DNA of 64,000 bases from Aurantibacter sp. (GTDB lineage Bacteria; Bacteroidota; Bacteroidia; Flavobacteriales; Flavobacteriaceae): positions 99,775 through 163,774 of the forward strand of contig NZ_JBDVFA010000098.1 of NCBI RefSeq assembly GCF_039941195.1, read 5' to 3'. This document shows, piece after piece, positions 19,451 through 29,451 of the stretch (position 1 is its first letter; each line of letters begins with the position of its first letter). Below the pieces are notes generated by a model. That model was not told where the DNA came from. It was given only the letters and a program-made list of their open reading frames with translations, and did no database searches. The position numbers and the translations under genes were made by a program.

Positions 19451-19900
19451 TTATACGACTTCAACGATTGTAATCTCATTTCCATTAAATTGAATACGCT
19501 CATCTTTTACCTTTCCTAATAAAAGCTGCGCTATAGGGGTTAAAATAGAAATGCAATACACAGATGTAGCATCGTCTTTATACTCGCCTGCGGAAATCGC
19601 CAAAAAATAATGTGCCGTTGAAGTCTTTACCCAACTACCTAATTGCACTGTTGTAGTAGATTTAGCAATATTAACTTTGGCTAGCGTTTGTTTCATTTTT
19701 TCAGCTTCGGCCAACTGCTGTCCCAGTTTTTCGCGTTCTAACTGCAACATTGCTCTACCAGTCTCATGCTTGTCACCTGCGCTACTCTTTGTCTCAGAAG
19801 TTAACGCATCTTGAATTGATGAAATGTTATTTTGAATTCGACTTAACCTTTGTTCTACAAAAGTTTGACAGAAATTATAGTATTTTTCTTTTTTAATCAT
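19451..19900 (-). CDS. GreA/GreB-like small protein (Bacteroidota type)
   Basis: Coiled coil with TKSSAGDKHETGRAMLQLE; C-terminal VQLGSWV...IS..TPIAQLLLGK resembles the Gre C-domain. Confidence 0.6.
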   Translation of the reverse strand: MIKKEKYYNFCQTFVEQRLSRIQNNISSIQDALTSETKSSAGDKHETGRAMLQLEREKLGQQLAEAEKMKQTLAKVNIAKSTTTVQLGSWVKTSTAHYFLAISAGEYKDDATSVYCISILTPIAQLLLGKVKDERIQFNGNEITIVEVV

Positions 19901-19918
19901 TAAGAATTTAGAGAAATC

Positions 19919-20554
19919 TTAAAAGTGATACAAATCTGCCAATTGGTATATTAAGAAGTTAATCACCGCTGCTTCACCTTTTCCTTGCTGAAACATTTCT
20001 TGAACCACGGCTTGATTTTCATCTTTAAAGAATTCTAAATCATCTGTTCCGTAAGTACTGAATATATTCCAAGATTTTAAACCTTCAAGCATCTCACGAT
20101 GCGCATGAAAACGTTGATTTATTTTTTCTAGCTTTTCTTTAAATTCTTTACTCTTCTTTTTTTCTTTATTTAATGCTACAGCATTTCGTAGCATGTATTC
20201 TTTTTCTAAACGTTCATCTGCTTTTTCAGCCTGTGCGATAATTCTAACATATGCCGTTCTAACCAATTCATCATACTCAACTTCGAAAGTTGCTTTACTA
20301 GTGCTTTTTTCTATTGCATAATCATCTATAATAATAGCATCATCGTTACTTGCATAAAATTCTTGATCCTGTGAATCATTCGAATCTTCACTAACCAGAG
20401 CATCTTTCCAAGCTTGAGATTTTAAAACTTTTTGCCATGCTTCAGCATAAACCCCATCTGAGGAGGATTTCGTTACAGAACAACTACTCAACGTTACTAT
20501 TAATAACAACAAAGCACACTGCCCTACAGTCTTTTTTACTTTATTCATTTTCAT
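19919..20554 (-). CDS. Hypothetical lipoprotein
   Basis: 211-aa ORF with lipobox LSSC and a charged helical body; no family recognised. Confidence 0.75.
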   Translation of the reverse strand: MKMNKVKKTVGQCALLLLIVTLSSCSVTKSSSDGVYAEAWQKVLKSQAWKDALVSEDSNDSQDQEFYASNDDAIIIDDYAIEKSTSKATFEVEYDELVRTAYVRIIAQAEKADERLEKEYMLRNAVALNKEKKKSKEFKEKLEKINQRFHAHREMLEGLKSWNIFSTYGTDDLEFFKDENQAVVQEMFQQGKGEAAVINFLIYQLADLYHF

Positions 20555-20788
20555 ATAATGTTACATCAAAGTGCGGTTCTAAAACACTTCTCAGATTTCT
20601 ATAATTCTATCAGTCTATTTCTTGATTAACTAATTAATCAACAATAAATACACCAATGCACTTATAGTATTGCTCAAATAAAGATTTGGAAAAGAGGCTC
20701 CGAAGAGCATTTACTGTGGGGCGTACAATATAAGAAGAATAGGGGCTCATAAAAGAAAAAAATGGTTTTTTCGATGAAAACAACCACT

Positions 20789-21904
20789 TTATTCAAGCAA
20801 TTCAGCCATTTCTTTTCCAATTAAACTTCCAATGGCAATACCCATTCCACCCATTTTTATTCCACAAAAAACATTCTCCGAAATTGATTTCACAATAGGC
20901 TTTTTGTTCTTTCCAACCCCCATAATACCACTCCATCGTTGTTCTATTTCAAAGTTTGTTTGAGGCAGAATAATCTCTTTTAGTAAACACTCTAATTTTT
21001 GCTGAACAATTTCTGTTTCTCCAAAAGTTGTGGTACGTTCAGTTACGAAATCTAAATTTCTACCGCCACCCAAAAGAATTCTATTGTCAATATTTCTGAA
21101 ATAATAATATCCTTCATCCAAATGAAAAGTTCCTTTAATAGCTAAATTTTCGATGGGTTTAGTAATTAATACCTGAGCTCTTGCAGGCTCTATATCTTCT
21201 TTCACTAATTCAGCGGCAAATCCATTGGTAGCAATGAAAAGTTTTTTTGATATTAAATCAAATTTGCTGGTTTGTATAGAAACATTGCCATTAACATCAC
21301 AGAAATCAAGGACAGAAATGGTATTTAATACTAGTACACCTTGTTGTTGAACCTTATGCAATAAGGACATCATCATTTTGCCAGTATCTATTTGAGATTC
21401 AAACAAATTCGTTATATACTGGTAATAAATTCCTTTGAAATTGTAGTTATTCAATTGAATTTCAAAGGCATCCTTTTTAAAGATAGGATGAAAAAGTTGA
21501 TTAATACATGTTAAGTATTCGCAACAATGAGCAAATAAATCTTGTTGATTATTTAGAAATATTTCGTGTCCACCATTATTTTCAAACCCTATATCGTCAT
21601 CTCCTAAATTATCTCGTAATAATTGAATTCCTTCCACACGTTTTTTTACTAACTGAAACACCTCTGTTTCAGAAGTTTTATCTATATCAGAAAGAATTTC
21701 AGAGATACTACCAAAACACGCAAAACCAGCATTTTTAGTACTTGCTCCTTGCGGCAAAAAACCTTTTTCCAAAACCAATATTTTGGCCTTTGGAAATTTT
21801 TTCTTGAGGAATAAAGCACAATTTAAGCCTACGATACCGCTACCGATTATAGTAAAATCAATATTTGATAACCAAGATTTATATTCCCAGTAGCTTAAAT
21901 TCAT
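20789..21904 (-). CDS. FAD-dependent oxidoreductase (DAO/PuuB-like family)
   Basis: IIGSGIVG Rossmann motif, GASTKNAGFACFGS, YYYFR, LGGGR, RWSGIMG, GGMGIAIG. Confidence 0.88.
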   Translation of the reverse strand: MNLSYWEYKSWLSNIDFTIIGSGIVGLNCALFLKKKFPKAKILVLEKGFLPQGASTKNAGFACFGSISEILSDIDKTSETEVFQLVKKRVEGIQLLRDNLGDDDIGFENNGGHEIFLNNQQDLFAHCCEYLTCINQLFHPIFKKDAFEIQLNNYNFKGIYYQYITNLFESQIDTGKMMMSLLHKVQQQGVLVLNTISVLDFCDVNGNVSIQTSKFDLISKKLFIATNGFAAELVKEDIEPARAQVLITKPIENLAIKGTFHLDEGYYYFRNIDNRILLGGGRNLDFVTERTTTFGETEIVQQKLECLLKEIILPQTNFEIEQRWSGIMGVGKNKKPIVKSISENVFCGIKMGGMGIAIGSLIGKEMAELLE

Positions 21905-21978
21905 AGTACTAAAATACGATTATAAGACCGTATTCTATGTTCTATATAAATTGAGGAAAATATTACTATTATAAAACG

Positions 21979-22010
21979 AAAAACTCCGATTAAATATAAT
22001 CGGAGTTTTT
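21979..22010 (-). terminator. Intrinsic terminator downstream of accC
   Basis: Perfect 14-bp inverted repeat AAAAACTCCGATTA-aata-TAATCGGAGTTTTT, 2 nt past the accC stop. Confidence 0.85.
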
Positions 22011-22012
22011 GT

Positions 22013-23371
22013 TTACTCTTCAAGAGCTGGATCCATTTCAAAGCTATCCATAAAGGCCGTTGTGTATTTACCTGCCAAATAATCTGGATGATCCATTAAT
22101 TGACGATGAAATGGAATTGTAGTTTTAATGCCTTCAATTACAAACTCATCTAAAGCTCTTTTCATTTTATTAATTGCCTCTTCTCTAGTTTGCGCTGTAG
22201 TAATAAGCTTTGCAATCATAGAATCGTAGTGAGGTGGAATAATATAGCCACTATAGACATGAGTATCCATACGTACACCATGGCCGCCAGGAATATGTAA
22301 CGTCGTAATTCTACCAGGGGATGGTCTAAAGTTATTATAGGGGTCTTCAGCATTAATTCTACACTCAATTGAGTGTAGTTTAGGAATATAATTCTTTCCT
22401 GAAATTGGCACACCTCCAGCAACTAAAATTTGTTCTCTAATTAAATCATAATCAATTACTTGTTCCGTAATAGGGTGTTCCACTTGAATACGCGTATTCA
22501 TTTCCATAAAATAGAAATTACGGTGCTTATCAACTAAAAACTCTACTGTACCAGCGCCTTCATATTTTATATATTCCGCAGCTTTAACCGCAGCTTTACC
22601 CATCGCATCACGTAATTTATCTGTCATGAATGGAGAAGGAGTTTCTTCTGTTAATTTTTGGTGTCTACGCTGTACAGAGCAATCCCTTTCTGATAAGTGA
22701 CAAGCCTTTCCATATTGATCACCTACTACTTGTATCTCAATATGACGTGGTTCTTCAATCAATTTTTCCATGTACATACCACCATTACCAAAGGCAGCAG
22801 TAGCTTCCTGAACCGCACTGTCAAAAAGATCTTCCATTTCTTCTTCTTTCCAAACTGCACGCATACCCTTACCACCTCCACCAGCGGTAGCCTTTATCAT
22901 AACGGGGTATCCCATTTTTTTTGCAATCTTTAATGCATCCTTGACATCCTTTAAAAGTCCGTCAGAACCTGGTACACATGGCACACCAGCAGCTTTCATG
23001 GTTTCTTTAGCTGATGCCTTATCTCCCATTCGATCAATATGCTCACCGGATGCACCTATAAATTTAATCTCATGCTCAGCACATATTTTTGAAAATTTAG
23101 AATTTTCTGATAAAAATCCATATCCAGGGTGAATGGCATCTGCATTAGTAATTTCAGCTGCAGCTATTATATTAGGAATCTTAAGGTATGATTCACTACT
23201 AGGTGCTGGACCTATACAAACAGCTTCATCTGCAAAACGAACATGCAAACTTTCTTCATCAGCTTTAGAATATACTGCTACGGTCTTAATTCCCATTTCT
23301 TTACAGGTTCTAATAACACGTAATGCAATCTCTCCTCTATTTGCTATTAAAATTTTTTTAAACATCTTCAA
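22013..23371 (-). CDS. accC: Acetyl-CoA carboxylase biotin carboxylase subunit
   Basis: [64 protein letters not shown]. Start may be the second Met (23365). Confidence 0.98.
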   Translation of the reverse strand: MKMFKKILIANRGEIALRVIRTCKEMGIKTVAVYSKADEESLHVRFADEAVCIGPAPSSESYLKIPNIIAAAEITNADAIHPGYGFLSENSKFSKICAEHEIKFIGASGEHIDRMGDKASAKETMKAAGVPCVPGSDGLLKDVKDALKIAKKMGYPVMIKATAGGGGKGMRAVWKEEEMEDLFDSAVQEATAAFGNGGMYMEKLIEEPRHIEIQVVGDQYGKACHLSERDCSVQRRHQKLTEETPSPFMTDKLRDAMGKAAVKAAEYIKYEGAGTVEFLVDKHRNFYFMEMNTRIQVEHPITEQVIDYDLIREQILVAGGVPISGKNYIPKLHSIECRINAEDPYNNFRPSPGRITTLHIPGGHGVRMDTHVYSGYIIPPHYDSMIAKLITTAQTREEAINKMKRALDEFVIEGIKTTIPFHRQLMDHPDYLAGKYTTAFMDSFEMDPALEE

Positions 23372-23460
23372 AAGTTTTAAATTTTAAGTAATAAGCCTTC
23401 AACAAAGCATTAATACCACTAAGAATAGTTGATATTTAATATTAAACACTTAAAATTTAT

Positions 23461-23946
23461 TTAAGATGGGTCAACCAAAAATAAAGGTTGATCAAATTCA
23501 ACTGGTGAAGAATCTTCAACCAAAATCTTCACTATTTTACCTGAAATTTCAGATTCAATATCATTGAACAACTTCATAGCTTCAATTACGCAAAGCACAT
23601 CACCTTGCCCAATAGAATCACCTACTTCAACAAAAGTTGGTTTGTCAGGCGCAGGTTTTCTATAAAATGTTCCTATAATTGGTGATTTTATAGTCACATA
23701 TTTAGAATCTTCAGCAGGGGCTTCAGCAACTGGTGCAGCACTCGATGGTGCTTCAACTGGTACCGGGGCACCAACAACATGTTGTGCGGCAGCCATTGGA
23801 ATTTGCTGAACGACAGTTGTTTCACTTTTAGACATTCCTTCACCGGTTCTAATGGTAATTTTAATGTCGTCTGTTTCTAGCTTCACTTCACTTGCACCAG
23901 ATTTGGCGACAAATTTAATTAGGCTTTGAATTTCTTTAATATCCAT
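23461..23946 (-). CDS. accB: Acetyl-CoA carboxylase biotin carboxyl carrier protein
   Basis: SPIIGTFYRKP, EAMKLFN biotinylation motif, Pro/Ala-rich linker. Confidence 0.98.
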   Translation of the reverse strand: MDIKEIQSLIKFVAKSGASEVKLETDDIKITIRTGEGMSKSETTVVQQIPMAAAQHVVGAPVPVEAPSSAAPVAEAPAEDSKYVTIKSPIIGTFYRKPAPDKPTFVEVGDSIGQGDVLCVIEAMKLFNDIESEISGKIVKILVEDSSPVEFDQPLFLVDPS

Positions 23947-23967
23947 GAATTTGAGTTTTTTTAAAAT

Positions 23968-24963
23968 TTAGTTGTAGGCCCATTTTAAAAATATAGACCC
24001 CCATGTGAACCCGCCACCAAAAGCAGCAAAAACTAGATTGTCTCCCTTTTTAAATTTCTTTTCAAAATCAGCCAACAATAATGGTAATGTTGCTGAAGTA
24101 GTATTTCCGTAGCGCTGTATATTCATTAATACTTTGCTTTCATCCAATCCCATTCGATTAGCCGTGGCATCAATAATACGCTTATTAGCCTGATGGGGTA
24201 CCAACCAAGATACATCTTCATGACTCAAATTATTACGTACCATTATTTTTTCTGCAACATCAGCCATATTAGATACTGCAAATTTGAAAACTGTTTTTCC
24301 TTCCTGAAAGATAAAATGTTTTCTAGCCTTAACCGATTCTATAGTAGCTGGCATAATTGAACCACCGCCTTCCATACCAAGATAAGCCCTACCACTTCCA
24401 TCCGCTCTTAAATACTCGTCTTGAAGTCCTAGACCCTCCGTATTAGGCTCAAAAAGTACCGCACCGGCTCCATCGCCAAATATGATACAGGTTGTTCGGT
24501 CTGTATAATCAATAATTGAAGACATTTTATCAGCTCCAATTAACAGTACTTTTTTGTATTTACCAGAAGCTATATATCCAGAAGCAGTTGACATTCCAAA
24601 TAAAAAGCTAGAGCATGCCGCCAAAAGATCAAAAGCAAAAGCATTTGATGCGCCAATTTCAGATGCTACAAAAGCTGCTGTCGATGCCACCATACTATCA
24701 GGTGTAGCCGTGGCAACAACTACTAGGTCAATTTCATTTGGATCTAAATTCTTTTTATTCAATAAATCTTGCGCAGCTTTAATGGCTAAATATGAAGTAC
24801 CTTCTCCTTCTTCAGGTTTTAGAATTCTTCTTTCCTTTATTCCCGTTCTACTAGTTATCCATTCATCATTAGTCTCAACAACGTCTTCCAACATTTTATT
24901 GGTCATAATAAATTTGGGAACATAAGATCCTACAGCGGTAATCGCTGCTGTGAGTTTGTTCAT
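23968..24963 (-). CDS. fabH: Beta-ketoacyl-ACP synthase III
   Basis: WITSRTGIKERR, AACSSF (Cys), PHQANKRII (His), GNTTSAT (Asn), FGGGFTWG. Confidence 0.97.
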   Translation of the reverse strand: MNKLTAAITAVGSYVPKFIMTNKMLEDVVETNDEWITSRTGIKERRILKPEEGEGTSYLAIKAAQDLLNKKNLDPNEIDLVVVATATPDSMVASTAAFVASEIGASNAFAFDLLAACSSFLFGMSTASGYIASGKYKKVLLIGADKMSSIIDYTDRTTCIIFGDGAGAVLFEPNTEGLGLQDEYLRADGSGRAYLGMEGGGSIMPATIESVKARKHFIFQEGKTVFKFAVSNMADVAEKIMVRNNLSHEDVSWLVPHQANKRIIDATANRMGLDESKVLMNIQRYGNTTSATLPLLLADFEKKFKKGDNLVFAAFGGGFTWGSIFLKWAYN

Positions 24964-25088
24964 ACTAAAAATACTTTTGTATCAAAAACGACTAGAAATT
25001 GGTGAAAAATACTCAATTTTTGGCATTTTTTAAGTAAAATCAAGAGTTTTTAAAAAATAAATGGAGAATACAATTGATTAAAATATAA

Positions 25089-25134
25089 AAAACAGGAACC
25101 CTACTCATTTATGGATGAATAGGGTTCCTGTTTT
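25089..25134 (-). terminator. Intrinsic terminator downstream of rpmF
   Basis: 15-bp perfect outer stem AAAACAGGAACCCTA / TAGGGTTCCTGTTTT with an extended inner stem; A-run gives a U tail on the minus strand. Confidence 0.8.
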
Positions 25135-25168
25135 CTTATTTTATTTCGAAAAATAAAACATTTTAAGC

Positions 25169-25366
25169 TTAAGCCTCCGCTACTTCTGTTTTGTCAATTA
25201 AGACCTGGCCTTTATAGTATAGTTTACCTTCGTGCCAATGTGCTCTATGAAACAAATGCATCTCACCAGTTGTAGAATCTTTAGCAAGAGTTGGTGCTAC
25301 AGCCTTATAATGTGTTCTTCTTTTATCCCTACGGGTTTTCGATATTTTTCTCTTAGGATGTGCCAT
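25169..25366 (-). CDS. rpmF: 50S ribosomal protein L32 (non-zinc-binding type)
   Basis: [21 protein letters not shown]...HRAH...YYKGQ; no Cys residues. Confidence 0.97.
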   Translation of the reverse strand: MAHPKRKISKTRRDKRRTHYKAVAPTLAKDSTTGEMHLFHRAHWHEGKLYYKGQVLIDKTEVAEA

Positions 25367-25372
25367 TGTCGA

Positions 25373-25906
25373 CTATTTGTCAGTTAATAAATTCTTTAAT
25401 TTGTCCCATCTGGGATCATTTACCTCTTTATTGTCACTTGATTCTTTTGGTTGTAATTCTTCGAGTTTGTCTAGTACTTCAGACTTTAAAGTACCGTCAG
25501 CAACACCAGGATGTACCCTTTTTTGAGGCACAGCAAGAACTAACATTTCATAAACGTATTGAGCAATATTTACTTGATGCGAACCATGAGGTATAATTAA
25601 TATCTCATCATCGTCATCGTTAAAAGCTTCACCAAATTTAACCACAAGATCCATTTGAGAATCTATTGGTTGGTCATATGGTTCACTAGTAATATCACAG
25701 TTAACATTTACTGAGCCTTGCCCATTAAATTCAAGCTCTAACATCGTAGCTGTTTTATTTAATTGCAATTGCAACTTAATATCAGCTGCATTAAACTCAT
25801 CGTATCCAAAAGATTCAAAGAACTTGTTATCAATTTCAAATTCAAAATCGTGCTTCCCTTGTTTCAATCCCGAGAAAGGAACGTTAAACTCCTTTTGCTT
25901 CATCAT
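25373..25906 (-). CDS. yceD: YceD / DUF177 family protein
   Basis: CDITSEP, DPRWDKLK C-terminus, position directly upstream of rpmF. ATG at 25906 preferred over the GTG at 25948. Confidence 0.88.
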   Translation of the reverse strand: MMKQKEFNVPFSGLKQGKHDFEFEIDNKFFESFGYDEFNAADIKLQLQLNKTATMLELEFNGQGSVNVNCDITSEPYDQPIDSQMDLVVKFGEAFNDDDDEILIIPHGSHQVNIAQYVYEMLVLAVPQKRVHPGVADGTLKSEVLDKLEELQPKESSDNKEVNDPRWDKLKNLLTDK

Positions 25907-25967
25907 GACCACACAAAATTTAAAATTCACCCTATTAAAAGACAACACGCTTCCATTCAGGCGGGTG

Positions 25968-25997
25968 CAAAGATACTATATTTTTACAAATTGCCAA
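25968..25997 (-). promoter_or_regulatory. Bacteroidota housekeeping promoter for yceD-rpmF
   Basis: Minus strand TTG (25997-25995), 19-nt spacer, then TATCTTTG (25975-25968), matching TTG-N19-TAnnTTTG. Confidence 0.65.
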
Positions 25998-26030
25998 CCA
26001 ATAGCCTCTAAATAAATAGAAAATACACCC

Positions 26031-27077
26031 TTAACGTCTTACCTTTTGTTTTTGTAATTGATTATTGGTCAGTTCTTGATACTCTTTTCTATTTTTATAT
26101 ATACTTATAGCGGTAAATACAGCTTCTTTAAAAGAACTAAAATCTGCCTGGCCTTTTCCAGCAATTTCATAGGCTGTACCATGATCTGGTGAAGTTCTAA
26201 CTTTAGACAAACCTGCTGTAAAGTTCACTCCTTGACCAAAGGATAATGTTTTAAAAGGAATTAAACCTTGATCGTGATACGCAGCAAGAATAGCATCATA
26301 TTTAGTGTAATTATCCGTGCCAAAAAAACTATCTGCAGCAAACGGACCGTAAACTAAATGACCAGCATCCGACATTTCTTTAATTACAGGCTTTAATACT
26401 TCATCGTCTTCCTTTCCTATTACCCCATTATCTCCATTATGTGGATTAATGCCTAACAGGGCTATTTTTGGTCTTCGAACACCAAAATCCATTTGTAAAG
26501 ACTTTTCAATAGTTCTAACCTTGGTTCGTATTAAAATGGGGTTAATTGCTGCCGGAGCATCTTTAACTGCAACATGATCGGTTAAAAGACCAACTTTTAA
26601 TCCATCCGTTACCATGAACATAAGACTATCCCCTTCCAATTCTTGTGCTAAATAATCGGTATGGCCTGGAAAATTAAAATCTTCAGTTTGTATGTTATTT
26701 TTATTAATTGGCGCCGTAATAAGGGCATCAATTTCATTATTCTTGAGTGCATCGACAGCAGCTTTTAATGATAATATGGCATACTTACCACCATTTTCAG
26801 TGGATTGTCCAAATTCAATTTTGGGCACATCTTTCCAAACATTTACCACATTTATCTTACCATCTATCGCCTTTGAAGCGTCCTGAACACCATTAAAATT
26901 TATTTTAATCCCAAGTTTATTCTTTTGAAAAGAAACAGTCTTATTTGATGCAAATAGTACGGGTGTACAAAAATCAAGCATTCGCGAATCTTCAAACGTT
27001 TTTAAAATAACTTCACATCCGATTCCATTGAGGTCACCTACGCTAATACCTAACTTTATGTTTTTGCCTTCGTGCAT
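26031..27077 (-). CDS. pdxA: 4-hydroxythreonine-4-phosphate dehydrogenase
   Basis: GDLNGIGCE, TAPINK, GHTDYL, GINPHNG, YHDQGLIPFK, RTSPDHGTAYEIAG. Confidence 0.96.
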   Translation of the reverse strand: MHEGKNIKLGISVGDLNGIGCEVILKTFEDSRMLDFCTPVLFASNKTVSFQKNKLGIKINFNGVQDASKAIDGKINVVNVWKDVPKIEFGQSTENGGKYAILSLKAAVDALKNNEIDALITAPINKNNIQTEDFNFPGHTDYLAQELEGDSLMFMVTDGLKVGLLTDHVAVKDAPAAINPILIRTKVRTIEKSLQMDFGVRRPKIALLGINPHNGDNGVIGKEDDEVLKPVIKEMSDAGHLVYGPFAADSFFGTDNYTKYDAILAAYHDQGLIPFKTLSFGQGVNFTAGLSKVRTSPDHGTAYEIAGKGQADFSSFKEAVFTAISIYKNRKEYQELTNNQLQKQKVRR

Positions 27078-27099
27078 TATAATACCTAAATTTACCTCG

Positions 27100-27107
27100 C
27101 AAAACTA
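27100..27107 (-). promoter_or_regulatory. Possible -7 element for pdxA
   Basis: Minus strand TAGTTTTG, 22 nt before the pdxA ATG. Confidence 0.4.
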
Positions 27108-27124
27108 CTTAATTTAAACGACAC

Positions 27125-27709
27125 GTGTTTACTGGAATTATTGAAACTTTAGGAGAAGTACAAGAACTACAAAATGATAATGGCAATCTACATATTACCA
27201 TTAAATCATCACTTGCTCAAGATTTAAAAATAGATCAAAGTGTTTCACATAATGGCATTTGTTTAACGGTAGTATCATTAGACGAAAGCAGTTATACTGT
27301 TACTGCTATTCAAGAAACATTAGAAAAAACGAATTTAAATCAGTTAAAAATAGGGCAGAAAGTAAATCTAGAAAGAGCTATGATTTTAGGTTCTCGTTTA
27401 GATGGTCATATTGTTCAGGGACATGTGGATCAAACGGGTACAATTACTAAGATTGAAGAGAAAGATGGCAGCTGGCAGTTTAGTATAAACTATGATTCTA
27501 TTCTTAACAATATTACCATAGAAAAAGGTTCTATTACTATTGATGGCGTTAGTCTTACCGTGGTCGACTCAGGGATTAATACTTTTAGTGTTGCCATTAT
27601 TCCATACACTTTTGAGCATACCTGTTTTAACAATTATGAAGTGGGTACAATTATTAATTTGGAATTTGATGTTATTGGTAAATATGTAGCTAAAATGATG
27701 CAAAAATAG
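27125..27709 (+). CDS. ribE: Riboflavin synthase (alpha chain; named ribE or ribC depending on organism), GTG start
   Basis: MFTGIIE N-terminus, SVSHNGICLTV, NLERA, GHIVQGHVD, KGSITIDGVSLTV, NLEFDVIGKY. Confidence 0.96.
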   Translation: MFTGIIETLGEVQELQNDNGNLHITIKSSLAQDLKIDQSVSHNGICLTVVSLDESSYTVTAIQETLEKTNLNQLKIGQKVNLERAMILGSRLDGHIVQGHVDQTGTITKIEEKDGSWQFSINYDSILNNITIEKGSITIDGVSLTVVDSGINTFSVAIIPYTFEHTCFNNYEVGTIINLEFDVIGKYVAKMMQK

Positions 27710-27740
27710 AGGTGAAATAGATTTCGATATACTTTTCTAT

Positions 27741-28352
27741 TTAATTATTTATTTTCCACGTATTGTAAAAACGAACTATTTCTAAAGGACTATTGAGTTG
27801 TTTATTTAAAATGCGCTGACTTAATTCTGGATAATCAGAGAAATACCTTGCCAACTTTTTTCTCTTTAACCCAAAAACACCCTGATTAACACGGATTAAA
27901 ACATCCTCATTTTCCTTTTTAAAATAGGCATTACCATCTATATGCCCTGAATCAGCATCTTCAAACTCTAGCATGTAATAACTTAAGTTTCCTTTATGTA
28001 TTACTTTAAAAAACTCATAATCACCACTATCTGACAGTTGTAATTGTTGATTAAAAAACTGCCCTGTTCTGGTTATTTTCATTATTTCGAAGGTGACATC
28101 TCCATTCTTATAAGCAAATAAATCTTTGGCAGCATACTTAGTTTTGCCCTTTTTACCTTTAAATTTTATCTTTTTGTAAAGCTTAGCAAACGCACCTAAT
28201 TTTCGATCTCTAACAACACCATATAACGTATCATTAGTTTTTGTAACCACATAACCCTCTTGAAATCCATTTTGAGAAATATTTTCCTGAGGCCATCCAA
28301 CTAAAATAAATATTAGAATGATAAATCTATAAGACCTAAAGGCTTTTTTCAT
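27741..28352 (-). CDS. Hypothetical secreted protein
   Basis: 203-aa ORF with N-terminal hydrophobic segment and GYVVTKTNDTLYG; abuts the upstream gene (2-nt gap). Confidence 0.7.
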   Translation of the reverse strand: MKKAFRSYRFIILIFILVGWPQENISQNGFQEGYVVTKTNDTLYGVVRDRKLGAFAKLYKKIKFKGKKGKTKYAAKDLFAYKNGDVTFEIMKITRTGQFFNQQLQLSDSGDYEFFKVIHKGNLSYYMLEFEDADSGHIDGNAYFKKENEDVLIRVNQGVFGLKRKKLARYFSDYPELSQRILNKQLNSPLEIVRFYNTWKINN

Positions 28353-28354
28353 AG

Positions 28355-29449
28355 TTATACTTTGAAGAATATCTTTCTTCGAAACAAAATATATGCCAAA
28401 AGTGTGTAAAATGCGACTACAGTTAGACCATACAACAATGAAGAGAGTTGCAAAGACAAGAAATCATGCACATACACCTGATTAAATATCCACCCATGTA
28501 AAGAGGTGTCTCCTACCTTTATTTGCCCCATAATTTTACTGATAAAGCTTGAAAGAAAATAAAGGGTAATAGCATTAGCACCAGCATATCTAAAAATACT
28601 TCCAAATTGAATTCCCTTAACATCACTCAAATAATAAATTAGCGCCAAAATCAAATTTGCCCATCCAGCAGTAACTAATACAAAACTGCTTGTCCATAGC
28701 GCCTTATTTATAGGAAAAACAATATCCCAAAGGTGCCCTATTATTAATAAAGACCCCCCAATTCCCATTAATAATGTAGCTTTCTTTTCTTGCTTAGATG
28801 TTAATAGAAGCCCCGTAAATATTCCCAATAAAGAACTACAGATAGAAGGTATGGTACTTAAAAAACCTTCTGGGTCATAATCTACTTTGTAATTATGCGA
28901 TCCAAAAATTTGAACATCCAACCAATTTGCCAAATTATTAGGAGCTCTCTCAAGAGTAGATTCCACACCGTTTACAGGAATAAAAACCATCATTAACCAA
29001 TATCCTATTAATAGTGTTACACAAATTCCAAGTAATGTTTTCCAATTAAAATTGATAAACAATATAGAAGCGAAAAAGAAAACCACCCCAATTCGTTGCA
29101 AAACACCTGGGAACCTAATGTTTTCAAAATCTTTTATAAAGGGAAAACTTATCAAAAATGCCCCTAGAAAAAGACCTAGGCCAATTAATTTTAAAGTACG
29201 TATTGTAATTTTCTTATAGGTACCAGCATTTATTACTCTGTTCTTATATGCAAAAGCTATAGAAGTTCCAACAATAAATAAAAAGAATGGAAAAACTAAA
29301 TCTGTTGGAGTTATTCCATGCCATTTCGCATGTCTAAAAGGTGGGTAAACAGCAGCCCAAGTTCCAGGCGTATTAACTAAAATCATTAATACTATTGTCA
29401 TCCCTCTAAAGATGTCAATCGATTGTATTCTATTGCTCAAACTGGCCAT
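28355..29449 (-). CDS. HGSNAT-like / DUF5009 (NagX-like) membrane acyltransferase
   Basis: RIQSIDIFRG, HAKWHG.TPTDLVFPFFLFIVG, PGVLQRIG, DPEGFLST, PINKALWTSSF. Confidence 0.88.
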   Translation of the reverse strand: MASLSNRIQSIDIFRGMTIVLMILVNTPGTWAAVYPPFRHAKWHGITPTDLVFPFFLFIVGTSIAFAYKNRVINAGTYKKITIRTLKLIGLGLFLGAFLISFPFIKDFENIRFPGVLQRIGVVFFFASILFINFNWKTLLGICVTLLIGYWLMMVFIPVNGVESTLERAPNNLANWLDVQIFGSHNYKVDYDPEGFLSTIPSICSSLLGIFTGLLLTSKQEKKATLLMGIGGSLLIIGHLWDIVFPINKALWTSSFVLVTAGWANLILALIYYLSDVKGIQFGSIFRYAGANAITLYFLSSFISKIMGQIKVGDTSLHGWIFNQVYVHDFLSLQLSSLLYGLTVVAFYTLLAYILFRRKIFFKV

Positions 29450-29451
29450 AA

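Noticed and set aside
24963-25169. No plsX between rpmF and fabH
   Set aside because: This is the usual gene order in flavobacteria; the gap holds a terminator and AT-rich promoter DNA with no plsX remnant visible.
25169-25366. Cys-free (zinc-independent) L32
   Set aside because: It appears to be the single housekeeping copy in its normal operon, not a Zur-regulated paralog.
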